Below, piece after piece: positions 1-10,018 of a stretch of DNA of 64,000 bases (position 1 is its first letter; each line of letters begins with the position of its first letter). The notes under the pieces are model-generated. The model searched no databases. It saw only the letters and a list, made by a program, of their open reading frames with translations, and had not been told where the DNA came from. Both the position numbers and the translations under genes were made by a program. This stretch comes from Candidatus Binatia bacterium (GTDB lineage: Bacteria; Desulfobacterota; Binatia; Bin18). The stretch covers positions 4,544,001 through 4,608,000 of the forward strand of contig OY761159.2 of the NCBI GenBank assembly GCA_963664395.2, written 5' to 3'.

Positions 1-118
1 GACTGTACGGCTCCTGAGACCGCGGTAGCAGAAGTGGCAGCCCCACTGTACGGCTTCAAACGTGGCCGGCAGACCTTCACCAGAAAACCGGCCGAACTGC
101 ATCGGCCTTGAGTCCACA

Positions 119-1294
119 ATGCACGACCCCTTAGGCGCATTCTGTCGTCACACCCACGTCACGCTTAGCGGTTCGGAGACAGGGCCGCTCGCGGGTCTGT
201 CTCTTGCGGTCAAAGACGTCTTCCATATCAAAGGGCAGCGGACGGGAGCCGGCAATCCTGACTGGCTACGCACCCATCCCGCAGCCGAGACAACCGCTCC
301 TGCGGTGCAACGTTTACTCGATGCCGGCGCCCATATTGTGGGCAAAACGCACACGGATGAACTGGCTTACAGTCTCAATGGTGAAAATGTCCACTACGGC
401 ACGCCGGTGAATCCGAACGCAGTGGGCCGTATCCCAGGCGGATCTTCCAGTGGCTCGGCGGCTGCGGTCGCTGGCGGTCTGGTGGATTTTGCCATTGGAA
501 CTGATTGTGGCGGTTCGGTGCGTTTACCCGCCAGCTACGCTGGGATATTTGGTTTTCGACCGACTCACGGTCGTATTCCGCTCGACGGGATCGTCCCACT
601 CGCATCAAGCTTTGACACGGTTGGCTGGTTTACCCGAGACGCGCGGCTCTTGGAAAAGGGCGGGCGTGTGCTCCTGGACGACCAGACCGACGCTCGGCCT
701 CCACGCCAACTGCTCTTCGCCTCAGACGCATTTACTCTAGCGGACGGTGCGGTCACCGCAGCACTCCAATCCGCAGTCAACAAGATCAGCACAGCGATCG
801 GTCCGGCCCAGCCCGTAACGGTCAGCCCTGAAGGACTCCCGGAATGGATGCAGCTTTTCCGTGTCCTTCAAGGTGCGGAGATCTGGGCCAATCACGGCGC
901 TTGGATTCGAGAGGTTCAACCCGCTTTCGGGCCGGGGATTCATGAACGTTTCGAGTGGACGGCAACAATTCCGCAAGCGACTGTAGACAGTGCCAAGGAA
1001 AAACGAGCGCAGGTCGCAGCTCGGATGGAGGCCTTACTCGGAGAGGATACCGTCTTATGTCTCCCTACCGCACCTGGCATTGCTCCGCTTCGGAACACGC
1101 CTGCGGATGAGTTGGAGACGTTTCGGGCTCAGGCGCTGAGTCTCTTATGTATCGCCGGCCTGGCCCGTCTACCTCAAGTCAACCTGCCATTGGGTAGTCT
1201 TGATTGTTGCCCGATTGGCTTATCCCTCATTGGGCCACGCGGGGCGGATGTATTGCTGCTACAGCTCGCAGCAAGTTTGTCCCATAGATCGTGA
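119..1294 (+). CDS. Amidase (amidase-signature family)
   Basis: Motifs AVKD, GKTHTDELAYSLNG, PGGSSSGSAAAVA and GTDCGGSVRLPAS (Lys-cisSer-Ser triad). ATG at 119 preferred over GTG at 62. Confidence 0.92.
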   Translation: MHDPLGAFCRHTHVTLSGSETGPLAGLSLAVKDVFHIKGQRTGAGNPDWLRTHPAAETTAPAVQRLLDAGAHIVGKTHTDELAYSLNGENVHYGTPVNPNAVGRIPGGSSSGSAAAVAGGLVDFAIGTDCGGSVRLPASYAGIFGFRPTHGRIPLDGIVPLASSFDTVGWFTRDARLLEKGGRVLLDDQTDARPPRQLLFASDAFTLADGAVTAALQSAVNKISTAIGPAQPVTVSPEGLPEWMQLFRVLQGAEIWANHGAWIREVQPAFGPGIHERFEWTATIPQATVDSAKEKRAQVAARMEALLGEDTVLCLPTAPGIAPLRNTPADELETFRAQALSLLCIAGLARLPQVNLPLGSLDCCPIGLSLIGPRGADVLLLQLAASLSHRS

Positions 1295-1376
1295 AGGATA
1301 CTTTCGGTATGAAGCTGAGAATATGTGAGAGGAAAAACAGGCCTTTTCTTTTCTCACATCGCCAAAGGACAACACC

Positions 1377-2438
1377 ATGCGTTTCGGCACTTATTATTTT
1401 CTTCAGGCTCCGCCGGGCAGTTCACACGAAGAGGTTATTCATCGGGAGTTTGCGCAGATTCTGCTCAGCGAAGAACTCGGCTACGATAGTGTCTGGCTGA
1501 CCGAGCACCATTTTATTGAGTATGGCATTTCAACCAGCCCGATGGCTCTGGCGTCTGCTATTGCCGCGCGGACTGAACGGATCAACATCGGACTGGCCGC
1601 TGTTATCCTGCCCTTTCATGATCCGATTCGACTGGCAGAAGAAATTGCCTTTGTCGATATTCTGAGTCGGGGCCGGCTGCGCATCGGGATTGGGCGGGGG
1701 AATCGCCCGGTTGAATTTTTCGGCTACCGGGTTCCGCAGATAGAAAGCCGGGAGCGCTTTAGCGAGACCGTAGACATCATGCTCCAAGCCTGGACGCAAG
1801 AGCGCGTCTCCTATCACGGCAAGTTCTTCAGCATTGAAAACATTCCGGTCATCCCCAAGCCCTACCAGAAACCACATCCGCCGCTGTCACTCGTCTGCGT
1901 CAGTCCCGAGACCATGCAACTGGCGGCCCGACGTGGCTGGTCCATGCTGAATTCCATTCTGTTCGGTCCGTTCAGTCAAATTGAACACAATCGGGATATC
2001 TATACTGCAGCCCTGCGTGAAGCCGGGCAGTCTGAGACCGCCATCCAGGCGGCCCTCCGTTCCTGGGGTGTGTCGCGCCATATCTATGTTGCGCCGACAG
2101 ACGCTCAGGCCCTACGCGAAGCCCAAGAAGCGGAGCTGTGGTATCAACAATCCCTGGCCCGCTTTCTCGTACCCGAGCATATTGAGGCAGCCCCGCCTTC
2201 CCTACAGCCACAGTTTCGCGCCCTGGCCGAGCGTTTGGCCACCATCACCTGGGAGCAGCTTGTAGCAGAAACCGTGCTGTTCGGCTCGCCTGAGCGGGTT
2301 GCAGACCGGGTGTGTGAAATGGAAGCGGCCGGGGTGGGCGAGCTGCTGTGCTGGATGAATTTCGGGGGGCTGCCGCAAGACCGAGTTGAACGCTCCATGC
2401 GTTTATTTGCGGAGAAAGTCATGCCACGTTTTCGTTAG
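1377..2438 (+). CDS. LLM-class flavin-dependent oxidoreductase (luciferase-like monooxygenase)
   Basis: MRFG start, GYDSVWLTEHHF, PIRLAEEIAFVDILSRGRL, PKPYQKPHPP, SMRLFAEKVMP. Confidence 0.93.
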   Translation: MRFGTYYFLQAPPGSSHEEVIHREFAQILLSEELGYDSVWLTEHHFIEYGISTSPMALASAIAARTERINIGLAAVILPFHDPIRLAEEIAFVDILSRGRLRIGIGRGNRPVEFFGYRVPQIESRERFSETVDIMLQAWTQERVSYHGKFFSIENIPVIPKPYQKPHPPLSLVCVSPETMQLAARRGWSMLNSILFGPFSQIEHNRDIYTAALREAGQSETAIQAALRSWGVSRHIYVAPTDAQALREAQEAELWYQQSLARFLVPEHIEAAPPSLQPQFRALAERLATITWEQLVAETVLFGSPERVADRVCEMEAAGVGELLCWMNFGGLPQDRVERSMRLFAEKVMPRFR

Positions 2439-2638
2439 CGCCTACTGAACGATTCGGTTAAAGAGTATTGCGCTTGCTCTTTCCCACCTATTTTCCTAAG
2501 CTTCATTGAAAAGGAAGAGGCAACAGCGAGCAGTATCGCTCTGAAAGGAGGGACGGACCAGGAGACGTATTAACGATACAGGACGAGAGATCATGCGACG
2601 CTTCACAGCAGTCTGAACACTCATAATAAGGAGGCTCT

Positions 2639-3547
2639 ATGGGCAGAGTACAAGTACCAGACGGCAAAAAGATGGCGTGCTGTTTTTGTTTCGATATCGA
2701 TGCCTTGGCCTTATGGCTGGGGTTTTTCCGCTCTCCGACCGCCAATACCCTGTCGCGCGGAGAATTCGGCCCTCGGGTGGCCATGCCGCGTATCCTGGAC
2801 ATCCTCGATAAATATTCCATCAAAGCCACCTTCTTTACCCCCGGTCACAGCGCCAAACTTTTTCAGGATGTGGTGCAGGAGGCGCATCGTCGGGGCCACG
2901 AAATTGCGGCCCATAGCATGTACCACCAACCCTCCGAGGTTGGCCTGGCCATGAGCGGGGTCGAGCCGGCCTCGCCGGAAAAGCAACGCATCTATCTCGA
3001 ACAACAGATTGAGCTGTTGGAAAAAACCGTAGGCGAACGGCCTATCGGTTTTCGCTCGCCCATTGGAGACTGGTTGGGCGAGCATATCCCCCAGCATCTG
3101 ATCGACCTGGGGTTTGTGTATGACAGCAGTTTGCAGGGACATGATTTTTTGCCCTATCGGCTACGGATTGGCGATACGATCCAGACCGAGGAACCCTTTG
3201 ACGTTACCTGGGGGCAGCCTTCGAAGTTGCTGGAGATTCCCCTGCACTGGGATACCAATGACTTCGCTCAGTTCGAATTCATGGGCTATTATCTCGATCC
3301 CAAAAATCCCTGGTTCAATCCGGCCCCTTTCCACACCCCTTCCCAGTCCAAGGAAATTTTCACGTCGAGTTTCGACTATTGTTATGAACACGTCCCGGGT
3401 GGGATATGGAACACGATTCTCCACCCGCAGTGCTGCGGACGGGATTTCAAACCGGCGTGGCTGGAAAGCGTGATCCAACACGTCTACGCCAAGCCCGGTG
3501 TCTGGTTCACAACCATGCGCGAGGCGGCCGCGGCGTGGCAGGATTAG
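2639..3547 (+). CDS. Polysaccharide deacetylase family protein (PgdA/PuuE-like)
   Basis: FDIDA, SRGEFG, ATFFTPG, HEIAAH, GFRSP, YDSS, LHP motifs; RBS AAGGAGG upstream. Confidence 0.88.
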   Translation: MGRVQVPDGKKMACCFCFDIDALALWLGFFRSPTANTLSRGEFGPRVAMPRILDILDKYSIKATFFTPGHSAKLFQDVVQEAHRRGHEIAAHSMYHQPSEVGLAMSGVEPASPEKQRIYLEQQIELLEKTVGERPIGFRSPIGDWLGEHIPQHLIDLGFVYDSSLQGHDFLPYRLRIGDTIQTEEPFDVTWGQPSKLLEIPLHWDTNDFAQFEFMGYYLDPKNPWFNPAPFHTPSQSKEIFTSSFDYCYEHVPGGIWNTILHPQCCGRDFKPAWLESVIQHVYAKPGVWFTTMREAAAAWQD

Positions 3548-3568
3548 AGGATGAGGAAACGAGAGGAA

Positions 3569-3602
3569 CCCTCACCCTACTCCTCTCTCAGGGGGAGAGG
3601 GA
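3569..3602. repeat. REP-like short palindromic element (CCCTCACCC..CCTCTC..GGGAGAGGG type)
   Basis: Intergenic ccctcaccctactcctctctcagggggagaggg with a CCTCTC/GAGAGG stem. Confidence 0.6.
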
Positions 3603-3642
3603 AAGAGGGACAGAGCATCTGACTGGGCAATAAGGGGGCCAT

Positions 3643-4632
3643 ATGCGAATCTTCATATCGGTGGATATGGAAGGCATTTCCGGAGTGGAAACTGTAGAGG
3701 AGGTTTTTCAGGGTCTGCCGGGCTATAAAACCTTTCGACAGATTATGGCCGGTGACGTGAATGCGGCCGTTCAAGGCGCTATTGAAGGCGGAGCGTCCGA
3801 CATCGTGGTCTCGGATTCGCATGGCTATATGTGCAATATCCGACCCAAAGACGTGCATCCCAAAGCCACCCTGAAGTCTGGTATGAAGCGTGATTTATGC
3901 CAGTTCAAAGGCTTCAACCCCAGCTTTGATGGGGCCCTGTTTATCGGCTATCACTCGAAAGCCGGAACTCAAGACGGCATCCTCAGCCATACCTGGATTC
4001 CGGCCTTTCAGGATGTGCGGATAAACGGCCTGTCGGTTGGGGAGTATGGTCTGAACGGCTTTTTGGTCAGCAGCTTCGGCGTGCCTATTCTGATGCTGTC
4101 GGGCGACGACAAAACCATCGAGCAGGCCCGGCCGCTGCTCGGTGACATCGAATATGTCGAGGTCAAAAAATCGCTCGGCTATTTTAAGGGCCAGCATCTT
4201 CCCCTGAGAGAGAGCCATGCCCGTATTCGCGAGGGCGCACGACGCGCCCTTCAGAGATTCGCCAAGCGGAAACCGCCGACTCTGGATATCGCCTTACCTG
4301 TCACCGTTGAATTGGATCTCTGCCACGAGGCGAACGCCTTGGTGACCGACATGGAGCAGGAGAATCGACGCTTTGTCGATGATGACACACAGCGCGGGAT
4401 GAGCGACGCCGATCTGATCACGCACTATGCGCCCGTCGAACGGCGTGGGGCGGAGACGGTCGCGTATGTGTGTAACCGCTATGTCGATGCCTATAATACC
4501 CTGTTTACTATTATGACTCACTTTTACGAACGCGATGTTGAATGGCTGATCGAAGAGGTTGCCAAACCGGAGGAATACCGCCGCAACTTACAGCCGCTCA
4601 TTGCCGGCAGTCCGTTGAATTTCATGCAATAG
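3643..4632 (+). CDS. M55 family D-aminopeptidase (DppA-like) with C-terminal extension
   Basis: MRIFISVDMEGISG, VSDSHG, FIGYHSKAG, LSHT, MLSGDD motifs. Confidence 0.9.
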   Translation: MRIFISVDMEGISGVETVEEVFQGLPGYKTFRQIMAGDVNAAVQGAIEGGASDIVVSDSHGYMCNIRPKDVHPKATLKSGMKRDLCQFKGFNPSFDGALFIGYHSKAGTQDGILSHTWIPAFQDVRINGLSVGEYGLNGFLVSSFGVPILMLSGDDKTIEQARPLLGDIEYVEVKKSLGYFKGQHLPLRESHARIREGARRALQRFAKRKPPTLDIALPVTVELDLCHEANALVTDMEQENRRFVDDDTQRGMSDADLITHYAPVERRGAETVAYVCNRYVDAYNTLFTIMTHFYERDVEWLIEEVAKPEEYRRNLQPLIAGSPLNFMQ

Positions 4633-4897
4633 GAACCTGTGGGCCGAACAGATGGACGTGCCTAAAAAGATAATCAACGGTCGTGACAGTATTTGCACAT
4701 AAGCATATTGTTCGATTTTCGAGGACCACTCCTATAGGCATACCTACAAATGATTTTGCTATCGGACAGGATATTGATGTTAGGGGAGAGAGTCGTATAT
4801 GTGTAGTGGTTACAAAATTGTCGCGAAGTAAGGATAGAAAAGCGCAAAGTCCGCGCCATTGTGCCTAAAACCCCTCACCCAATACTAAGACGAAAAA

Positions 4898-5822
4898 GTG
4901 CAAATCGTCTCGGTCATCAATTACAAGGGCGGCGTGGGCAAAACCACGCTGACGGCCAGCCTCGCAGCGGAACTTGCTTTCCGAGGCAAGCGCGTCCTGT
5001 TGCTAGACATGGACGCGCAGTGCAGTCTGACTTTTTCATTTGTCACGCCTGACTACTGGCGGGACGAACTCGGCGGAGACGGCACCACTGGCAGCGACAA
5101 AACCATTAAAAGCTGGTTCGACGGAATCGGCGATGATGACTTGGAGACCCCAGAATTGGGCAGCTTGATCGTGCCGAATTTGAAAGTGGCGGAGTCTCTG
5201 CAATGGCGGCAAGATTGACTTGATTCCATCCCATCTGGGGCTAATCAACGTCGACCTTGACTTGGCTTATATGCTGAGCGGCGTCCCTCCGGGTCGAGTG
5301 AAGCGTCAGCTCGCCAAGGTCTATGGGCTGTTGCGGTCCCATCTCGGCAAGTACGTAGCTGAAGCTAAGTATGACATTGTGCTGATTGACTGTCCTCCGA
5401 ATTTCAACATCGTCACGAAAAACGCGATCGTGGCAAGTGACGGTATTTTGATCCCCGCCAAGCCAGACTACTTGTCCACGTTGGGAATCGACTATCTTGT
5501 GCGTAGCTACGGAAATCTCGTGAAAGAATTCAATACGGGGTCGGGAAGCGATGATATTCATCCAGAGATTTTGGGTGTGGTATTTACCATGATCCAGATT
5601 CATGGGGGGCAGCCCATCAGAGCACAACGAGACTATATGCAGCCAAGCAACATTTCCGTCTTTTCCTCGCAAATCCGGGAGAACAAGACCATCTTTGCCA
5701 GCGCTCCAGAGGACGGAATTCCTGTTGTTTTGCGCGGTTACAAGCAGCCCACGTATTCCAATATTGTCTCGGAAATCGAGTCCCTAGCCGCAGAGTTCTG
5801 CAAAAAAGCGGGGGTAAAATGA
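4898..5822 (+). pseudogene. ParA/Soj-family ATPase split by a frameshift near 5195 (ORFs 4898-5218 and 5220-5822)
   Basis: The first ORF has [10 protein letters not shown] and [12 protein letters not shown]. The +1 frame reads [14 protein letters not shown]...YDIVLIDCPPNF...ASDGILIPAKPDYLS. The break lies at gagTCTCTgc. Confidence 0.85.
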
Positions 5823-6232
5823 GTGCACAACAATCGGCGCTCGGCAATCTGCTCGCCGATGTCGCCAAGGCGGTACGGGATATGTCCGACGACGAATTCG
5901 AAAAATTGGTCAGAGGCGAGTTGCGCCCCGCCATCTCCTTCAAGGAACGTGGCAGTGGCATCAAGGGTCGTACGCCTTCTCTTGTCCTTTCGGAGGAACA
6001 ACTGCACAGCATTCAGAAGAAGTTGGATGCGGCCCGAACTCGCGAGGAGGGCCATCGGATCGTGCAAGAGGCATTTCCGATGAAGGAAGGTTTGTTTACT
6101 TTCGCCAAATTTCTGGACTTACCGATCCTGAAAAAGGACAAAGCCGAAAGGATTCGGGACAAAATCGTGACATCCACGGTGGGCCGGCGGCTTAGCAGCG
6201 AGGCCATACGTGGCGGCTACTCTGCCCAATAG
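5819..6232 (+). CDS. Hypothetical protein translationally coupled to the ParA-like ATPase
   Basis: ATGA overlap with the upstream stop; 137 aa, helical and charged; no family recognised. Confidence 0.75.
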   Translation: MSAQQSALGNLLADVAKAVRDMSDDEFEKLVRGELRPAISFKERGSGIKGRTPSLVLSEEQLHSIQKKLDAARTREEGHRIVQEAFPMKEGLFTFAKFLDLPILKKDKAERIRDKIVTSTVGRRLSSEAIRGGYSAQ

Positions 6233-6314
6233 TTAGGCTCAGGCGTGTTTGCACTGCAATTCTCCCCCGCAGAACTAGAGTCTTGACGACACCGCAGGTA
6301 CTGGGCCCAGATTC

Positions 6315-6566
6315 TCACAGATATTTCTCCCGGAGATGCTCCTTGTATGCATCAGCATTCATCCGGTGTCCCTTCAGCACGCCGACAAGCGAAGCCGTAA
6401 GCGGGGGGAGTTTCTTTGCGGCTGGCTGCTTGGGCGTGCTGAGAGCATCAAAAAAATCGCCAACCATTTGAGAGACCGATTTACCCCGGCGACTGGCCTC
6501 AAGTTTTCCTTTTTCGACGAGTCTTTCATCCATTCGTAAGGTGAGCTTGGTGTTCATGACGTACAC
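6315..6566 (-). CDS. Ribbon-helix-helix antitoxin-like protein (DUF6364-like)
   Basis: MNTKLTLRMDERLVEKGKLEASRRGKSVSQMV...LVGVL...YKEHLREKYL pattern; start may be the second Met (6557). Confidence 0.8.
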   Translation of the reverse strand: MYVMNTKLTLRMDERLVEKGKLEASRRGKSVSQMVGDFFDALSTPKQPAAKKLPPLTASLVGVLKGHRMNADAYKEHLREKYL

Positions 6567-6670
6567 ATATTATTATCTATACGTCACATCAAGCCTCCGT
6601 TTGCCATTCGTCCCACTCCCTGTCAGGCCAAGCCGCTCACATGCGCGCTACGTTACGGCGGTTTTCCGCC

Positions 6671-6700
6671 TTGACATCCTGCGCCGGTAGGCCGTATACA
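6671..6700 (+). promoter_or_regulatory. Candidate sigma70 promoter for the methylamine operon
   Basis: Perfect TTGACA (6671-6676), 18-bp spacer, TATACA (6695-6700), about 60 bp upstream of the ATG at 6762. Confidence 0.4.
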
Positions 6701-6761
6701 CTTCCAAAGCGTCGTTGTCCCGACCACTGAAGAAAAGACCAGACCGAACGAAGAGACAATC

Positions 6762-7691
6762 ATGTGTGGCATCGTCGGATTTTTAGACAAGAGCGGTAAT
6801 CGCCAGGCAGCGGTGGGGCAAGTCTTGCTCGACATGTTGTCGGCCCTTGACCGCCGTGGACCGGATTCGAGCGGCGTTGCCGTCTATGCCGATCGTGGCG
6901 CTGATGCCCGTGTCCTGCGTATTAAGCTGGGCGAGCACGGACCGTTTGAGACCATCGCAGACTTGATTGTCGAACAAGTAAAAGGCATTGCTTCAGTTGC
7001 CGATGTACTGCTCCAGGGCCCCTCGCTCCGGCTGGTTGTCGAGTCTCAAGCAACGCCGCAACGACTGGAGCAGGCAATTGAAGCCGCGGGCGCCTCACTT
7101 GCCGAGCAGGTCGAAGTCGTCAGCCTGGGCAACCGCCTTGAGCTGGTCAAACAGGTCGGTTCTCCAGCGAATCTTGAAGCCACGTACGCGGTCTCGTCTC
7201 AGCGTGGCACGCATGGCATCGGCCATACCCGCATGTCTACCGAGAGCCGGGTTGATCTCAGCCATTCGCAGCCCTTTTGGGCGCATGGCCGCGCCGACGT
7301 TGCCATCGTCCATAACGGACATATCACCAATTACCACAAGCTGCGGCGCATCTATGAGCAGCAGGGACATCGTTTTTACACGGGGAACGACTCGGAAATT
7401 ATCGGCCTGTATATCGCCGACCAAATGTCACACGGAGCCGGCTTTGAAGACGCCCTCCAGACTTCATTGACAGACTTTGACGGTGCATTCAGCTATCTGG
7501 CCGCAAGCGCGGACAGTCTGGGCTATGTCAAAGATCCCTTTGCTTTCAAACCCCTGATTGTGACTGAAACGCCGGCCTATGTGGCCATTGCGACCGAAGA
7601 ACAGGCCCTTCGCTCCGCTCTTGGCGATGACTTTTCGGTGTGGGAGCCGGGGGTTAATGCCGTCATGACGTGGAAGGTTTCTGAAGCATAG
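6762..7691 (+). CDS. mgsA: N-methylglutamate synthase subunit A (class II glutamine amidotransferase, GlxB-like)
   Basis: N-terminal MCGIVG, RGPDSSG, GHTRMSTES, HNGHITNY, NDSE; operon context. Confidence 0.85.
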   Translation: MCGIVGFLDKSGNRQAAVGQVLLDMLSALDRRGPDSSGVAVYADRGADARVLRIKLGEHGPFETIADLIVEQVKGIASVADVLLQGPSLRLVVESQATPQRLEQAIEAAGASLAEQVEVVSLGNRLELVKQVGSPANLEATYAVSSQRGTHGIGHTRMSTESRVDLSHSQPFWAHGRADVAIVHNGHITNYHKLRRIYEQQGHRFYTGNDSEIIGLYIADQMSHGAGFEDALQTSLTDFDGAFSYLAASADSLGYVKDPFAFKPLIVTETPAYVAIATEEQALRSALGDDFSVWEPGVNAVMTWKVSEA

Positions 7692-7725
7692 TCAAAATCC
7701 GGATTACGTTTTACGAGAAGGCCGT

Positions 7726-8418
7726 ATGGTGAAAGAAGTCGACTGCACCGATAAAACGTCCCGAGCAATCAATCAGGAAATTCGCCACCATATCCAGGCT
7801 GGCGAACAGGATATTCGCGTCCATCATCCCCAAGCACGCCACAATCTCGGCGTGGCCATCCTCCAGCCGATCACACTGACCATTACCGGGAGTGTGGGCT
7901 ATTACTGTGGCGGTCTTATTGACAGCCCACGCATTGAAGTGCAGGGCAGTTGCGGCTGGGGCCTGGCGGAAAGCATGCTGAACGGCACAGTCATTGTCGG
8001 CCAAAACGCGGGCAATAGCGCCGCGGCATCCATTCGAGGTGGAACAGTCGTGATTCGGGGCAGCGCCAGTTCACGCGCCGGTATTGCCATGAAGGGCGGG
8101 ACGCTTATTGTTCAGGGCAATAGTGGCTATATGACCGGTTTCATGCTGCAAAAAGGGACCATCATTGTCTGCGGCGATACAGCCGAAGCACTCGGCGATT
8201 CCATGTATGAGGGGCGTATCTTTGTGGGAGGCCGCATCGCGGACCTGGGCAATGATGCGGTCATTCAGGACGTAACGGACCAAGACCGGGCCTTTCTTGC
8301 GACCACGTTAGCCCAGTACGATATTGAAGCGCCGGCTTCCTTTCAGAAAGTCGTCTCCGGCAGACGATTATGGCATTTTGATAAAAAAGACTTTGACACC
8401 TGGCGGGAGGCGTTGTGA
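7726..8418 (+). CDS. mgsB: N-methylglutamate synthase subunit B (GXGXG beta-helix, GlxC-like)
   Basis: Repeated G-x-x-G motifs; GSVGYYCGG, GDSMYEG, SGRRLWHF. Confidence 0.88.
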   Translation: MVKEVDCTDKTSRAINQEIRHHIQAGEQDIRVHHPQARHNLGVAILQPITLTITGSVGYYCGGLIDSPRIEVQGSCGWGLAESMLNGTVIVGQNAGNSAAASIRGGTVVIRGSASSRAGIAMKGGTLIVQGNSGYMTGFMLQKGTIIVCGDTAEALGDSMYEGRIFVGGRIADLGNDAVIQDVTDQDRAFLATTLAQYDIEAPASFQKVVSGRRLWHFDKKDFDTWREAL

Positions 8419-9761
8419 GCGAGCGACCTGTTGTCCGACACAGTACTACCTGGAAACCCGAGACGATCGAGGACATCCAGGTCAAGGCGGACCTGGGCCG
8501 CTACCGTATTCGGGGCTTCAGCGCCCTGCGCGACCGCCCCCTGCCCTCTTTTGATGACCTCACTTTTATTCCCTGTACACTCACCCGGGTGCCACTTGAA
8601 GGCTACCGTGAAAAATGTTCGACAAAGACGGTCCTCGGCAACCGTTTTGCCCAAAAGCCGATTGAAATCGACATTCCCATTATGGTGACCGGCATGAGTT
8701 ATGGCGCGCTGTCCTACAATGCCAAAGTTGCCTTAGCCAAAGCTGCGGCCCGCACCGGGACGTCTACGACAACCGGCGACGGCGGTATGTTGGCTGCCGA
8801 GCGCGAGCATTCAAACATTCTTATCTATGAAGTCTTACCCAGCCGGTATGGCATCAACGTGCATCATCTTCGACAGGCCAACGCGATTGAGCTGACGGTG
8901 GGACAGGGAGCCAAGCCCGGTACAGGCGGGCTCTTGCTTGAGTCAAAAGTCTCGGACGAAATCGCTGAGCTGCGAGACCTGCCTCCAGGCGTTGACCAAC
9001 GCAGTCCGTGCCGTCATCCGGATTGGCTTGGCCCGGACGATATGCTGACGAAAATCGAGGAGTTGCGCGAAGCAACCGACTGGCAGGTCCCTATTTTTGT
9101 CAAAATGGGCGCGGCGCGCGTGTATGACGATGTAAAGCTGGCGGCCAAGGCTGGCGCGGATGTCGTCGTGGTCGATGGTATGGAAGGTGGCACGGGCGCA
9201 TCGCCGGACATCCTGCTTGACCATACCGGGATTCCGACCCTGGCCGCGGTGTGTGAAGCGCGGGCCGCATTGGAGGATTGCGGTCTGTACGGCACGGTGC
9301 AGCTTATTATTGCCGGCGGCATACACAGCGGCACCGCCGCGGCGAAAGCGCTGGCACTTGGCGCGGATGCCGTCTATCTCGGTACCGCGGCTTTGATCGC
9401 ACTCAACTGTAACAAGCCGCTGTACGTAGACGATTATCATGCAATCGGCGCCGAACCCTACGCCTGCCATCACTGTCATACCGGGCGCTGTCCGGTTGGC
9501 ATTACGACGCAGGACCCGGAGCTGATGAAACGGCTGGATATTGATGCGGGTGCCGAGCGCGTCAGCAACTTCTTTAACGCCATGACCCTGGAAATTCAGA
9601 TGTTGGCGCGCTCATGCGGGAAGTCGGATGTCCATGCTTTAGAGCCTGAAGACCTGCGGGCCTTAACCCTTGAGTCCTCCATGATCACCGGTATTCCCCT
9701 GGTGGGGACAAACGTAGTCTTTGCCGGCGGGCCGGGCTGGAAACCGTCATCCCAACGGTAG
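8415..9761 (+). CDS. mgsC: N-methylglutamate synthase subunit C (FMN-binding glutamate synthase family, GlxD-like)
   Basis: GMSYGALS, GQGAKPGTGG, RHPDWLGPDD, DGMEGGTGA, CHHCHTGRCPVGITTQD. Confidence 0.92.
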   Translation: MSERPVVRHSTTWKPETIEDIQVKADLGRYRIRGFSALRDRPLPSFDDLTFIPCTLTRVPLEGYREKCSTKTVLGNRFAQKPIEIDIPIMVTGMSYGALSYNAKVALAKAAARTGTSTTTGDGGMLAAEREHSNILIYEVLPSRYGINVHHLRQANAIELTVGQGAKPGTGGLLLESKVSDEIAELRDLPPGVDQRSPCRHPDWLGPDDMLTKIEELREATDWQVPIFVKMGAARVYDDVKLAAKAGADVVVVDGMEGGTGASPDILLDHTGIPTLAAVCEARAALEDCGLYGTVQLIIAGGIHSGTAAAKALALGADAVYLGTAALIALNCNKPLYVDDYHAIGAEPYACHHCHTGRCPVGITTQDPELMKRLDIDAGAERVSNFFNAMTLEIQMLARSCGKSDVHALEPEDLRALTLESSMITGIPLVGTNVVFAGGPGWKPSSQR

Positions 9762-9766
9762 TCCCT

Positions 9767-10018
9767 ATGTCTTTTCTTGTGGATTGTCCCAACTGCGGCG
9801 AGCGGAGCGTGTATGAGTTTCGTTCAGGCGGGGAGTTTCGGCAACGCCCGCCTACGTCGGTTTCATCCCACGAGTGGGCGCGTTACCTGTATATCCGAAA
9901 AAATGAGGCCGGCGAGCACACCGAGTGGTGGTATCACCAGATGGGTTGTCGGCGCTGGTTTTTAGCCGTTCGTGACACACGCACGAATATTGTCAAAGAA
10001 ACGTATGAGTACGACTAG
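9767..10018 (+). CDS. soxD: Sarcosine oxidase-like / N-methylglutamate dehydrogenase delta subunit
   Basis: CPNCGER...EF, EWWYHQMGCRRWF, RDTRTN zinc-binding pattern. Confidence 0.9.
   Translation: MSFLVDCPNCGERSVYEFRSGGEFRQRPPTSVSSHEWARYLYIRKNEAGEHTEWWYHQMGCRRWFLAVRDTRTNIVKETYEYD

Noticed and set aside
2439-2638. Riboswitch in the 200-bp leader of the deacetylase gene
   Set aside because: No riboswitch consensus that I can recognise; a covariance-model search would be needed
5185-5225. Programmed ribosomal frameshift in the ParA-like gene
   Set aside because: No canonical slippery heptamer; a 2-nt loss in a CT tract explains the break more simply
4898-5822. Plasmid or prophage partition locus implying an integrated element
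   Set aside because: No ParB, Rep, integrase, att-like repeats or phage genes seen nearby
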